A stretch of DNA of 64,000 bases from Alphaproteobacteria bacterium (lineage in GTDB: Bacteria > Pseudomonadota > Alphaproteobacteria > RF32 > CAG-239), in contig JBKEEF010000012.1 of the NCBI GenBank assembly GCA_047975765.1, positions 84,824 through 148,823 of the forward strand, written 5' to 3'. The position numbers and the translations under genes are program-made. This document shows, piece by piece, positions 10,262 through 19,807 of this stretch. How positions within the stretch are numbered: position 1 is the stretch's first letter; every line of letters starts with the position of its first letter. A model generated the notes under the pieces. That model was not told the DNA's origin, made no database searches, and worked only from the letters and a program-made list of their open reading frames with translations.

Positions 10262-12439
10262 TTAGTTATTCTTACTCAATTCTTCAATCACTTCTCTTTT
10301 CAAACTTACGTTATCTGTTTTGCCTGTTGCAAATACAGGAATATGATCTTTGAAAAGAATTGTTCTTGGCAAATAGAGTTCAGACATACTATTTTTCTTG
10401 ATATATTCATGGATTTTAGATTGTGTAACATCTTTGTTATTTGTTACCAAAACAATCTGTTCACCCTTGCTTTCGTGAGGAATTGAAACAACACCATAGT
10501 TATATTCATCTCCACCTTCACCTTTGTAAGCACTGCGAACCAATTCATCAACAGCATTCAAAGAAACCATTTCGCCGCCAATTTTGGCAAAACGTTTGAT
10601 TCTGTCTTTGATGTAGAAGAAACCAATTTCATCCATTTCAACCACATCACCAGTGTTATACCAACCATTTTTAAGTGGAACTAAGACTCCTGGTTTGTCA
10701 GAAAGATAATACCCCAACATCACGTTTGGACCTTTAACATGGAGTTCACCACCTTTTTCAATTCCCTCAACTGGAACAATTTTATATTCCATTCCAGGAA
10801 GAAGTTTTCCAATTGAACCAAAATGGTTGAAAATTCTATTGTTTGCAGTAACGACAGGGGAACATTCTGTACTTCCATAAGCTTCCATAACGCGAATACC
10901 CAATCTTTCCATCCACATATCTCTAGTGTCGCTCTTAACAGCTTCTGCACCCGCAAACATGAAACGAATATTATGAAAATCCATTGGGTGAGCAATTCTT
11001 GCATAGCCACGGAAGAATGTATCCGTTCCAAACATAATTGTTGCACCAATTTCATAAACGATTTCTGCAACAACACGGTAGTGCAATGGAGAAGGATACA
11101 AGAATAATTTAGCCCCTTCAAAAAGTGGGAAAATTGTTCCAATTGTCAAACCAAAGCTATGGAACATCGGCAATGCATTAAACACCACATCTTGAATATT
11201 GATTGTTTCAATTGCTGAAACTTGTTTAATATTTGAAATGAGGTTCGCATGGCTCAAAACAACTGCTTTTGGTGTCCCTTCAGAACCAGATGTGAACAAG
11301 ATAACAGCTTTCTTATCGCCACCATCTCTGTGTGGAACTCTTTTGAGCTTATATCTAATCAATGCACCAAGTTTTTGTTTCAAACTAATTTCTTTAGCCA
11401 ATGATTCCAAGTAAACAACTTCGAATCCGTTTTCTTTCAATACTTTTACTTCTTCTTCAAGCTTAGCTTGTCTCACAAAATTGAGCGATGTAACAACCTT
11501 TTTCACAACAGCCGTTTTGCACATTGAAACTAAGTTTGTCGCACCCGTTGAGAAATTGAGCATAACAGGAACACGTTCATAAGCTGAAAGTCCAAAGAAA
11601 GTGCAAACAGTTGCAATTGCATTTGGCATTAAGACACCGACATTTTCAAAATGAGCTGTTCTTTTTTGAAAATATTTTCCCAAAACAAAAGACTTTATCA
11701 TAATGTCTTTATAAGAATTTGGTTCTCTTTTAATGTCCTCAACAAACTTAGGTCTTCCTGTGATAAATCCTTGTTTAGAGTGAATTTTTGAAGCTTTCAT
11801 CAATTGACCAAACAGAGAAATATTCGGATTATACATTGATTCGAAATGCATTTCTCTGAGAATGGTGTAAACCTCATTACTAATGTGGTCACGTTGACGA
11901 CGCAAATTATCTTTCAATTTGAACTTACGAGGAGCTCCAACTCTTACCATAACTCTCGGAAGCGGACGGTGAGGAATTTTTCCTTTTGTTTTTGAAAAAT
12001 AACTATATTGAAGACCACTAATCCAAATCGGAATCAAAGGTGCACCAGATTTATCAGCAACCAAACCAGGAGCTTCATAAATTTTCATCAAGCCACCATT
12101 TTCAGTGATTCTTCCTTCTGCAAAAATCATACAAAGGCGACCATTGTCAACTTTCGCGATAAGTTCTTTAATATCTGCTGGTTCAATTGGGTTAAACGGC
12201 ATAATGTCTGCAGTTTTCATAAAAAATCTAATCCACTTATTGCGGAAAAGGTGACCGTTTAATGCAAAAACAGGATTTCCCGGAAGAAAAGCAAAAAGAA
12301 TGAGTGGATCGAGATAGGAAACGTGATTAGAAACATAGACACCTTTATTAGGCAATTTATTTTCACTAAAATTTACAGTACATCTAATTTTGAATGTTCT
12401 AAACACAACTCTTAAACAAAATCTAACAAAGTTCCTCAA
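10262..12439 (-). CDS. aas: bifunctional 2-acylglycerophosphoethanolamine acyltransferase / acyl-ACP synthetase (Aas), standalone copy
   Basis: 725 aa. N-terminal PlsC-type acyltransferase HX4D (NHVSYLDPLIL) and C-terminal AMP-binding motif (ILFTSGSEGTPKAVVLSH). Length close to E. coli Aas (719 aa). Confidence 0.85.
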   Translation of the reverse strand: MRNFVRFCLRVVFRTFKIRCTVNFSENKLPNKGVYVSNHVSYLDPLILFAFLPGNPVFALNGHLFRNKWIRFFMKTADIMPFNPIEPADIKELIAKVDNGRLCMIFAEGRITENGGLMKIYEAPGLVADKSGAPLIPIWISGLQYSYFSKTKGKIPHRPLPRVMVRVGAPRKFKLKDNLRRQRDHISNEVYTILREMHFESMYNPNISLFGQLMKASKIHSKQGFITGRPKFVEDIKREPNSYKDIMIKSFVLGKYFQKRTAHFENVGVLMPNAIATVCTFFGLSAYERVPVMLNFSTGATNLVSMCKTAVVKKVVTSLNFVRQAKLEEEVKVLKENGFEVVYLESLAKEISLKQKLGALIRYKLKRVPHRDGGDKKAVILFTSGSEGTPKAVVLSHANLISNIKQVSAIETINIQDVVFNALPMFHSFGLTIGTIFPLFEGAKLFLYPSPLHYRVVAEIVYEIGATIMFGTDTFFRGYARIAHPMDFHNIRFMFAGAEAVKSDTRDMWMERLGIRVMEAYGSTECSPVVTANNRIFNHFGSIGKLLPGMEYKIVPVEGIEKGGELHVKGPNVMLGYYLSDKPGVLVPLKNGWYNTGDVVEMDEIGFFYIKDRIKRFAKIGGEMVSLNAVDELVRSAYKGEGGDEYNYGVVSIPHESKGEQIVLVTNNKDVTQSKIHEYIKKNSMSELYLPRTILFKDHIPVFATGKTDNVSLKREVIEELSKNN

Positions 12440-12723
12440 AATTCATATCTCCATAGTTGAATAATAGACGAAATTTAATACTTTTGATATGTTTTTGTAA
12501 AGGTATATTTTCGATTAGTTAACAGTTTGTTAAACTTTACCCTATGGGTATATAGACTATCCTATTGAATATATATAAAAAAACCTCTTTTATCCAGAGG
12601 CAAATTAAATTGATATTGAATCTTAAATTTAAATACACTAATAGTTTTCTGTAACATATTGTCATAAAATGTTATCAAAAAGGCGGTATGTTGCTCTTGG
12701 ATTAACTATAAAAGTGAAAACTA

Positions 12724-13959
12724 ATGAAAAAAAAGATACTAACCTTAACAGCACTCAGTGCTATTCTTGTTGCCTCAAATGCTCATGCATCTGGCTTTCA
12801 TCTTAAAGAACAATCAGTTTCAGGTTTAGGAACAGCATTTGCGGGTTCATCTTCAGGTGGTCAAGACATTTCTGCGTCTTATTTCAACCCTGCAGTATTA
12901 ACAAGATATAAAGGATCTCAAATTGTTTTCGGTGCAACTTATGTTGCCCCAACAGCAAAGCTTAAATATGCAAGATCAACAGCTGCACCAGCTCAAGTAG
13001 ATGGTCCATCAAGTGATGTGGTAAGCAATGCTGTTGTTCCAAATTTTTATGCTTCTAAACAACTAAATGACGACATTTTTCTTGGAATTTCTTTCAACGC
13101 ACCTTTTGGTTTGGTCACAAAATATGATGATAACTGGGCTGGTCGTGACCATGGCACATTGTCTGATTTAAAAACCTACACAATGACTCCAATGCTTGCT
13201 TATAAAATGGATGATAAAATGTCTGTGGGTGTTGGTGCTCAAATTCAACACGTTAAAGCAAGATTGAGAAATGGTGTTGTTGCAGGACAAGGACAAGCTG
13301 TATTAGAGGGTGATACAACTGATGCAGGATATGTTTTTGGTGCACAATATGAATGGCGAAAAGACACACGTTTTGGTGCCGGTTATAGAAGTCGTATTCA
13401 CCACAAACTCAAAGGTGACATTGACCTTACAAATGTTACACCTATGCCAGCAATGAATGGCTCATACCCAATCAATGCAGAATTAACAACACCTGCAGTT
13501 GCCAGCTTTGGTATCACACATGACCTCAATGAAAAAGTGTCTTTGATGGCTGAATTTCAAAGAACATATTGGAGTGTCTTTGATGAACTTCGCATTAAAG
13601 GTGTTCCTGGAGGCGACAGTGTAACTCCTGAAAAATGGAAAAATACAAATTTCTACTCTATCGGTGCTTCATATCAATTAAACGATGAGTGGAAGCTTCG
13701 TGGTGGTCTTGGTTTCGATAAATCTGCAGTTAAAAAAGAATATCGCACTCCAAGAATTCCTGATTCAAATCGTAACTGGTATTCACTTGGTGCTCAATAT
13801 AAACCAAATGAAAAGATGGCGATTGATATGGGTTATACTTTCATCAGAGCTGCTGACGGAGCTAAAATCAATTTAGCTAATAAGGTAGGCGGTTCTTTGC
13901 AAGCTGACTATAAATCTTACGTTCACATCATTGGTGTAGGCGTAACTTATAACTTCTAA
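12724..13959 (+). CDS. fadL: long-chain fatty acid outer-membrane transporter, FadL family
   Basis: 411 aa. Signal peptide. N-terminal SGFHLKEQSVSGLGTAFAGSSSG resembles the FadL hatch-domain N-terminus ([20 protein letters not shown] in E. coli). C-terminal YNF. Confidence 0.85.
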   Translation: MKKKILTLTALSAILVASNAHASGFHLKEQSVSGLGTAFAGSSSGGQDISASYFNPAVLTRYKGSQIVFGATYVAPTAKLKYARSTAAPAQVDGPSSDVVSNAVVPNFYASKQLNDDIFLGISFNAPFGLVTKYDDNWAGRDHGTLSDLKTYTMTPMLAYKMDDKMSVGVGAQIQHVKARLRNGVVAGQGQAVLEGDTTDAGYVFGAQYEWRKDTRFGAGYRSRIHHKLKGDIDLTNVTPMPAMNGSYPINAELTTPAVASFGITHDLNEKVSLMAEFQRTYWSVFDELRIKGVPGGDSVTPEKWKNTNFYSIGASYQLNDEWKLRGGLGFDKSAVKKEYRTPRIPDSNRNWYSLGAQYKPNEKMAIDMGYTFIRAADGAKINLANKVGGSLQADYKSYVHIIGVGVTYNF

Positions 13960-13977
13960 GAAGTTAAAACTCAGAGA

Positions 13978-14010
13978 AAAGCTAGGATAGAAATATCTTA
14001 GCTTTTTTTT
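13978..14010 (+). terminator. rho-independent terminator after fadL
   Basis: AAGCTAGGAtagaaatatCTTAGCTT followed by T8. Confidence 0.7.
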
Positions 14011-14061
14011 GTTGAAGATATTTTAACTCCTCTAATATAGAATAGAATAAAGGAGAAAAAA

Positions 14062-15348
14062 ATGAAAATAGTTGGTGTGATGACAGGAAATTCCCTAGAT
14101 GCTGTTGATGTTGTTTTGACAGAATTTGAGCAAGACAATATGAAAGACATTGCCTATTTTTCAAAATCATACCCTGAATCACTAAGAAATAATTTTCTCT
14201 CTCTTCGAAAAAAAATTAAGGAATCTGGTTTTAGAAATGTTATTAAAACAATAGATTTTGAGTCTACTGTTCAAACTTATACTGAACTCGTTGCCCAAAC
14301 TGTGAACGAGCTTTTAAAAGATTATGATAAGAAAGAAATTGCGGCTATTGGATTTCACGGACAAACCTTAGACCACTTTCCCCCTTCTATTGCAGGACAT
14401 AAAAAACCATATACACTCCAAGTGGGAGATGCTCTTCTCTTGGCTACTCTGACACAAATTCCAGTAATTTATGATTTTCGCTCTGATGATATGATGGCTG
14501 GTGGTGAAGGCGCACCTCTTGCACCAATGCACAATTTTCACATTGCTAAAAACTTTCAAAATAAGAATATTTTCCCCGTTGCTTTTTGTAATGCAGGAAA
14601 CACTGGAAATATTTCTATCATTTCTCAAAACTCAAAAAATGAAACCAATGTATTAGGTTGGGATATTGGACCTTTCAATCACTATACTGATTATCTTGTT
14701 CGAAAATTCAAAGGAGAATCCTGCGACTTTGGTGGTAAATTTGGAGAAAAAGGTGAAATTTCCCTCGAAATTTTAGAATATTTATTTGATAATGTTGCAA
14801 TCAATGCAGAAGGTGAAAATTTTTATCTACAATCTCCTCCAAAATCCTCCGATCCGAGTTGGTATAAACTATTGGACATATTAAATTGTGAAGAACATCT
14901 TTTCTATGATGTTTTAAGAACTGTGGAATATTTGAGTACATATAGCTTTGTTTATAATCTTAAATATATTTCCGAAGATGTCCAAATGCCAAAATATTTT
15001 CTCTTATTTGGTGGTGGTTGGAAAAATCCAATTTGTTTTTCAGATTTCAAAGCTATCTTTGAAAATAAAATGCCTCTTCTAGAAAAACATAGAAAAATTT
15101 TTGAAAAAATTTTTAATAGATTTGAAAAAAAACCAATCATTGCTTGGGCAGATGACTATGGATATAGTGGTGAATTTATGGAAGCTCGAATTTTTGCCGA
15201 TTTAGCTTATTGTAAAATCAAGAATATTCTGTTCACAACACCAGAAATCACTAATTGCAAAAGTCCGACAATTTGTGGAATATGGGCATATCCTAATGAT
15301 GAACACAAAAAACACGCACTTATTAGCAGAATTGCTTTAGAACAATAA
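14062..15348 (+). CDS. anmK: anhydro-N-acetylmuramic acid kinase
   Basis: N-terminus MKIVGVMTGNSLDAVDVVL matches the AnmK signature (G-x-M-S-G-T-S-x-D-G-x-D). 428 aa, longer than typical at the C-terminus. Confidence 0.8.
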   Translation: MKIVGVMTGNSLDAVDVVLTEFEQDNMKDIAYFSKSYPESLRNNFLSLRKKIKESGFRNVIKTIDFESTVQTYTELVAQTVNELLKDYDKKEIAAIGFHGQTLDHFPPSIAGHKKPYTLQVGDALLLATLTQIPVIYDFRSDDMMAGGEGAPLAPMHNFHIAKNFQNKNIFPVAFCNAGNTGNISIISQNSKNETNVLGWDIGPFNHYTDYLVRKFKGESCDFGGKFGEKGEISLEILEYLFDNVAINAEGENFYLQSPPKSSDPSWYKLLDILNCEEHLFYDVLRTVEYLSTYSFVYNLKYISEDVQMPKYFLLFGGGWKNPICFSDFKAIFENKMPLLEKHRKIFEKIFNRFEKKPIIAWADDYGYSGEFMEARIFADLAYCKIKNILFTTPEITNCKSPTICGIWAYPNDEHKKHALISRIALEQ

Positions 15349-15381
15349 AAAAAACTCTTCGTTTTGAAGAGCTTTTAAAAA

Positions 15382-15846
15382 TTACATTGGAGCGCCGGAG
15401 CTTCCCATTCCAACTGGACTATATTGATTTACCCCACCGAAATATTGTTCAAAGAAACCAAGCTCTTTACCTACATCTGGTGTATAAGCACTACTAATTT
15501 TGATGTCTTTACCATTTTGAAGATCAAGTTTTCTGATACCACTTACCTGACCATAATCGTCAAATTTCAAGAGTAATATATTCCTTTTAAGTTCTGTTGG
15601 ACGCATAAAAGCAATTTGCTCAACTTCTGAAGACATGTAAAGCCAAGTATTTTTATCCAGAGAGATAACATTTGAAGGTGCTCCAAGCAAGCTGATAACC
15701 TCTTGCTGAGACAATCCTTTTTCAAGTTTTGCAACTCTTTCAGGTGTTGGCATGTTCCCATTATAAGTCGTGAACCACTCCTTTGAACAGCCTGTTGTCA
15801 TTGTTAAGACAAGTAGTCCTGATAATATTACTTTGTTTATTGACAT
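15382..15846 (-). CDS. bamE: outer membrane protein assembly factor BamE (SmpA/OmlA lipoprotein)
   Basis: Start set to ATG 15846 (MSINKVILSGLLVLTMTTGCS lipobox), preceded by an AGGA SD. LSQQEVISLLGAPS...NTWLY...LLLKFDDYGQV matches the BamE fold pattern. Confidence 0.6.
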   Translation of the reverse strand: MSINKVILSGLLVLTMTTGCSKEWFTTYNGNMPTPERVAKLEKGLSQQEVISLLGAPSNVISLDKNTWLYMSSEVEQIAFMRPTELKRNILLLKFDDYGQVSGIRKLDLQNGKDIKISSAYTPDVGKELGFFEQYFGGVNQYSPVGMGSSGAPM

Positions 15847-15903
15847 TCTCTCATCCTTACCATTATATAAATCTAAGAAATATATAACATAAGGAAAAGA
15901 TAT

Positions 15904-16416
15904 ATGCAAAAAGATTTTTCATATCCCCTACTCGTTGCAGATTTGCCTAACGTCGAAAATAAATATAGTCTATGTGCAACAGAGGAAAATCTGGAGTATA
16001 TTAAAGAAGTGCTAGGTGTTGAAAAAGTGAGAAGTTTTTCAACAGAAATCAAAGTCAAACTGAGCCATAAGAGTGGCATCATGAAAGTTCGTGGCACCGT
16101 TGATGCAGAACTTGACCTTGAAAGTGTTATAAGCTTAAAACCTTTCACAAAAAAATATCACCAAAATTTTGAGGTAGACTATGATATTAATGCAACTCAA
16201 GAAAATTTAGATGGTGCCAAATTTGGTCTTGATGACAAAGTTTATGATACTATTCAAAATGGAAAAATCGACCTTGTAGACATTGCCATAGAACATCTAG
16301 CTCTTGGAATTGAAGACTATCCACGCAAAGATGGTGAAACATTTTCTTTTAAAAGTGAGTTCACTGAAGAAGAAAAACCAAATCCATTTGCGGTTTTATC
16401 TGCTTTGAAAAAATAG
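15904..16416 (+). CDS. YceD-like DUF177 protein (Cys-less variant) upstream of rpmF
   Basis: 170 aa, acidic. Sits at the conserved yceD-rpmF-plsX-fabH position. C-terminal IDLVDIAIEHLALGIEDYPRK resembles the DUF177 C-terminus but lacks the usual Cys pairs. Confidence 0.45.
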   Translation: MQKDFSYPLLVADLPNVENKYSLCATEENLEYIKEVLGVEKVRSFSTEIKVKLSHKSGIMKVRGTVDAELDLESVISLKPFTKKYHQNFEVDYDINATQENLDGAKFGLDDKVYDTIQNGKIDLVDIAIEHLALGIEDYPRKDGETFSFKSEFTEEEKPNPFAVLSALKK

Positions 16417-16460
16417 TTTAAATTTTATGAAAAAAAGACTTGCCAATAAGTCAAAAATTC

Positions 16461-16489
16461 TATAAAATTCAATAAACTTTGAGTAGAGG
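16461..16489 (+). promoter_or_regulatory. candidate sigma70 promoter upstream of rpmF
   Basis: TTGCCA, 17 nt spacer, TAAAAT, about 95 nt upstream of the rpmF start. Confidence 0.35.
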
Positions 16490-16584
16490 TATTAATTATT
16501 TTTATTTAGTTGCTTTTTAAAACTAGATGATGTATTAATGCGTCTGAAATTTGTATATGTAACTGTTAAAAAGAGTATAAGAAG

Positions 16585-16773
16585 ATGGCTACACCTAAGA
16601 AGAAAACTTCTAAATCACGTCGCGACATGCGCCGTTCACACCACGCTTTGGGTGGAAATTCATATCATGAATGTCCAAATTGTGGAGAATTGAAAGCCCC
16701 TCACAATGTTTGTGCAGCTTGCGGACATTATGATGGCAAGGAAGTTGTTGCTAAAAAAACAACTGAAGAATAA
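16585..16773 (+). CDS. rpmF: 50S ribosomal protein L32 (zinc-ribbon form)
   Basis: [22 protein letters not shown] matches the bL32 N-terminus. CPNC...CAAC C4 motif. Confidence 0.9.
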   Translation: MATPKKKTSKSRRDMRRSHHALGGNSYHECPNCGELKAPHNVCAACGHYDGKEVVAKKTTEE

Positions 16774-16794
16774 TAAAACTTTATATGGAGCAGG

Positions 16795-17850
16795 TTGATT
16801 TTGTCTGATAATCTGGTCATATCAATAGACGCTATGGGGGGAGATAATTCCCCCCGAGTAGTGATTGAAGGGTTAGCGATTGCTGCCCAGAAGAATCCTG
16901 ACGTTAAGTTCTTACTTTTCGGCGATGAAGGAAAAGTGAATGAAATTCTTAAAGAATTTCCCGACCTTCAACAAGTCTGTGAAGTTCGCCATTCCTCAGA
17001 TGTTGTCTCAAACGACGACAAACCATCCCAAGTCATTAGAAACCGTAATACAAGTATGTTTATGGCAATTTCGGCTGTAAAGTCGGGGGAAGCCAAGGCT
17101 ATTGTTTCTGCGGGAAATACTGGTGCTTTGATGGCGATTTCAAAACTTACACTGAAGACAATTCAAAAGATTCACCGTCCAGCTATTGTTAGTATGATGC
17201 CACATAGAAATGGCAACTACATCATGCTTGACCTCGGTGCCAACACTGAATGTGATGCCATCAACTTAGCAGAATTTGCTTTGATGGGAAATGTTGTTGC
17301 AAAAACAACGCTTGGCATTGAAAAACCTAAAGTCGCTCTCCTCAATATTGGGGCTGAAGAGATGAAAGGTAAAGACGAAATTAAAGAAGCTGCCCAAATC
17401 ATTAAAAATTCTAGACTCGACTTGAACTTCATTGGCTATATTGAACCACACCAAATTGGTGAGGGTGTTGCTGATGTTATTGTTGCTGATGGATTTACTG
17501 GTAACATTGCCCTCAAAACAACTGAAGGCACAGCGAAGCTCTTTATGAGAATCCTCAAAGACCGTGTTAAAAAATCTATCTTCGCAAAAATCGGTGTTTT
17601 ATTTATGCTTGGTGTTATCTTCAAAGTGAAGAAAATTCTTGATCCAAGACTTTATAATGGCGCAATGTTTGTTGGACTTAACGGTCTCTCAATTAAAAGT
17701 CATGGTGGCACAGATGCTCTGGGCTATTATGTTGCTGTTAATAATGCCATTAAAATGGTCAGACATGATTTTGTTGCAACAATTAAATCTGAAATTGAAA
17801 AAGTTGACCTAGAAGAACTCTCTCAGGAAATTATCTATGACTCATATTAG
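16795..17850 (+). CDS. plsX: phosphate acyltransferase PlsX
   Basis: TTG start 6 nt after a GGAG SD. ISIDAMGGDNSP matches the PlsX N-terminal signature. 351 aa. Confidence 0.9.
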   Translation: MILSDNLVISIDAMGGDNSPRVVIEGLAIAAQKNPDVKFLLFGDEGKVNEILKEFPDLQQVCEVRHSSDVVSNDDKPSQVIRNRNTSMFMAISAVKSGEAKAIVSAGNTGALMAISKLTLKTIQKIHRPAIVSMMPHRNGNYIMLDLGANTECDAINLAEFALMGNVVAKTTLGIEKPKVALLNIGAEEMKGKDEIKEAAQIIKNSRLDLNFIGYIEPHQIGEGVADVIVADGFTGNIALKTTEGTAKLFMRILKDRVKKSIFAKIGVLFMLGVIFKVKKILDPRLYNGAMFVGLNGLSIKSHGGTDALGYYVAVNNAIKMVRHDFVATIKSEIEKVDLEELSQEIIYDSY

Positions 17851-18817
17851 ATCAGAAATTATTGGATGTGGACATTATCTACCATCCAAGATTTTGACCA
17901 ATGACGACTTGTCAAAAATTGTTGAAACAAGCGATGAATGGATTTCTGAACGTACAGGAATTAGAGCTAGACATGTTGTTGCAGAAGGTGAAAGCACTTC
18001 TGACCTTTGTTTTAATGCCGCACAAAACGCTCTGAAGCATGCGAATGTTGATGCTAGTGAAATTGACTTAGTGATTGTTGCAACAATCACACCAGACAAC
18101 CTCACACCTGCTGTTGCAACAAAAGTTTCTGCAAGACTCGGTGTTCCTGCAGGTAAGCCTGCTTTTGATATTTCTGCAGCTTGCTCTGGTTTTGTTTATG
18201 CAATGACATTAGCTGATAATATGATTCGCCTTGGACAAGTTAAAAAAGCTATTATTATTGGTGCTGAAAGCCTTTCAAGAATCACAGATTGGACAGACAG
18301 AAATACTTGTATTTTGTTTGGTGACGGAGCTGGAGCTGTCGTTTTACAAGCTCGCGAAGGTAAAGGAACAATCGAAGATACAGGTGTTTTAGCAACTAAA
18401 ATATATTCAGATGGAAATTATTACGAATCGCTCAAAACAACGGGCGGACCTTCTACAACTCAATCCACTGGCTTCCTTTGGATGAATGGAAAAGAAGTCT
18501 TCAAATATGCAATTCCAGCAATGGCAAGTAGTATTGAAGCAATTGTAGAAGAAACAAAAATCACTTTGGATGATATTGATTGGGTTATTCCACATCAAGC
18601 AAACATCAGAATTATTGATGGAGTCGCTAAAAAACTTGAAATTGACAACAGCAAAGTAATTGTTACTGTTGCGAATCAAGGAAACACTTCAGCCGCAACA
18701 ATTCCTCTTGCTTTGTCAGAGAGTGTTGCATCAGGTAAAATCAAAAAAGGTGACCTAGTCGTTTTAACAGCTATGGGTGCTGGATTTACTTGGGGCGGAG
18801 CCTTAGTTAGATTCTAA
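17837..18817 (+). CDS. fabH: 3-oxoacyl-ACP synthase III (FabH)
   Basis: 326 aa. Active-site region AACSGFVYAM (Cys), HQANIRII (His), ANQGNTSAA (Asn). 14 nt overlap with plsX. Confidence 0.92.
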   Translation: MTHIRSEIIGCGHYLPSKILTNDDLSKIVETSDEWISERTGIRARHVVAEGESTSDLCFNAAQNALKHANVDASEIDLVIVATITPDNLTPAVATKVSARLGVPAGKPAFDISAACSGFVYAMTLADNMIRLGQVKKAIIIGAESLSRITDWTDRNTCILFGDGAGAVVLQAREGKGTIEDTGVLATKIYSDGNYYESLKTTGGPSTTQSTGFLWMNGKEVFKYAIPAMASSIEAIVEETKITLDDIDWVIPHQANIRIIDGVAKKLEIDNSKVIVTVANQGNTSAATIPLALSESVASGKIKKGDLVVLTAMGAGFTWGGALVRF

Positions 18818-18917
18818 TTTTTTTTGAACAACTTATTTTGAGACTTGTTTTTAGTTCCAGAATATTGTAGGTTCTACTTGTAATATTATATAGTTTATGA
18901 AGATTAGAGGAGATAAA

Positions 18918-19202
18918 ATGAAAACCGTTACTCGTGCAGACATAACAGAAGTTATCTGCAAAGAAGTTGGCCTATCTAGAAAAGATGCTAGCGATATTTT
19001 AGATAACGTATTAGATGAAATTGTACAAGAACTTGCGACTGGAAATGATGTTAAATTATCATCATTCGGAACCTTTTCTTTGAGAGATAAAAAGGCAAGA
19101 ATTGGTAGAAACCCTAAGACGGGAATTGAAGCTGAAATTTCATCACGTAGAGTAATCTCTTTCAAACCTTCTCAAACGATGAGAAAAATTATCAACGCAT
19201 AA
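18918..19202 (+). CDS. ihfA: integration host factor subunit alpha (HU/IHF family)
   Basis: Start at ATG 18918 with a [32 protein letters not shown] ... [23 protein letters not shown] is the HU/IHF fold. Followed by a MerR regulator, as in the conserved pheT-ihfA-merR arrangement. Confidence 0.8.
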   Translation: MKTVTRADITEVICKEVGLSRKDASDILDNVLDEIVQELATGNDVKLSSFGTFSLRDKKARIGRNPKTGIEAEISSRRVISFKPSQTMRKIINA

Positions 19203-19216
19203 GAGAAAGAAAAGAC

Positions 19217-19621
19217 ATGGTTGTAAATAAACCGAAATCAGCTTTTAGGACTATTTCGGAAGTTGCAGAGGAACTAGGTGTTGCAACACATGTTTTGAGG
19301 TTTTGGGAAAGCAAATTTTCTCAAATTAAACCAATGAAAAGGAACGGTGGTCGCCGTTACTATCGCCCTGATGATGTTGAGCTTTTGAGCAAGATTAAAT
19401 TTTATCTTTATGACGAAAGATATACAATTGAAGGCGTTCAAATCCTTATCAAAGAAAAAGGTATCAAGGCTCTTATTGGTGAAGATATTCAAAAAGATTT
19501 AATAGATATGATTGAAGAAAAAACAGAACTTGACGACAATAGTCGAAAGGTTCTGTGTTTTCTTTCTTCTGAGCTTAAAACTCTCAAAAATAAGCTCGAA
19601 AACTTGCTTAAGGCAATCTAA
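19217..19621 (+). CDS. MerR-family transcriptional regulator
   Basis: [25 protein letters not shown] is a MerR HTH. 134 aa. Confidence 0.8.
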   Translation: MVVNKPKSAFRTISEVAEELGVATHVLRFWESKFSQIKPMKRNGGRRYYRPDDVELLSKIKFYLYDERYTIEGVQILIKEKGIKALIGEDIQKDLIDMIEEKTELDDNSRKVLCFLSSELKTLKNKLENLLKAI

Positions 19622-19807
19622 ATAAATCAGATTTCTCTGGTTTATTTTTTTATTTACGTTTTATAAAGACAATAAGGTGTATGATTTAGCCCTTAGTTAG
19701 TCTTGAAAAAAAACATACTATTCGTAATATATCTATTGTGAGATAGATAGTGCGAATAGGATTTTGTATTGTGTATCTAAAATGATTATATATTGAAAGA
19801 ATGGAAG

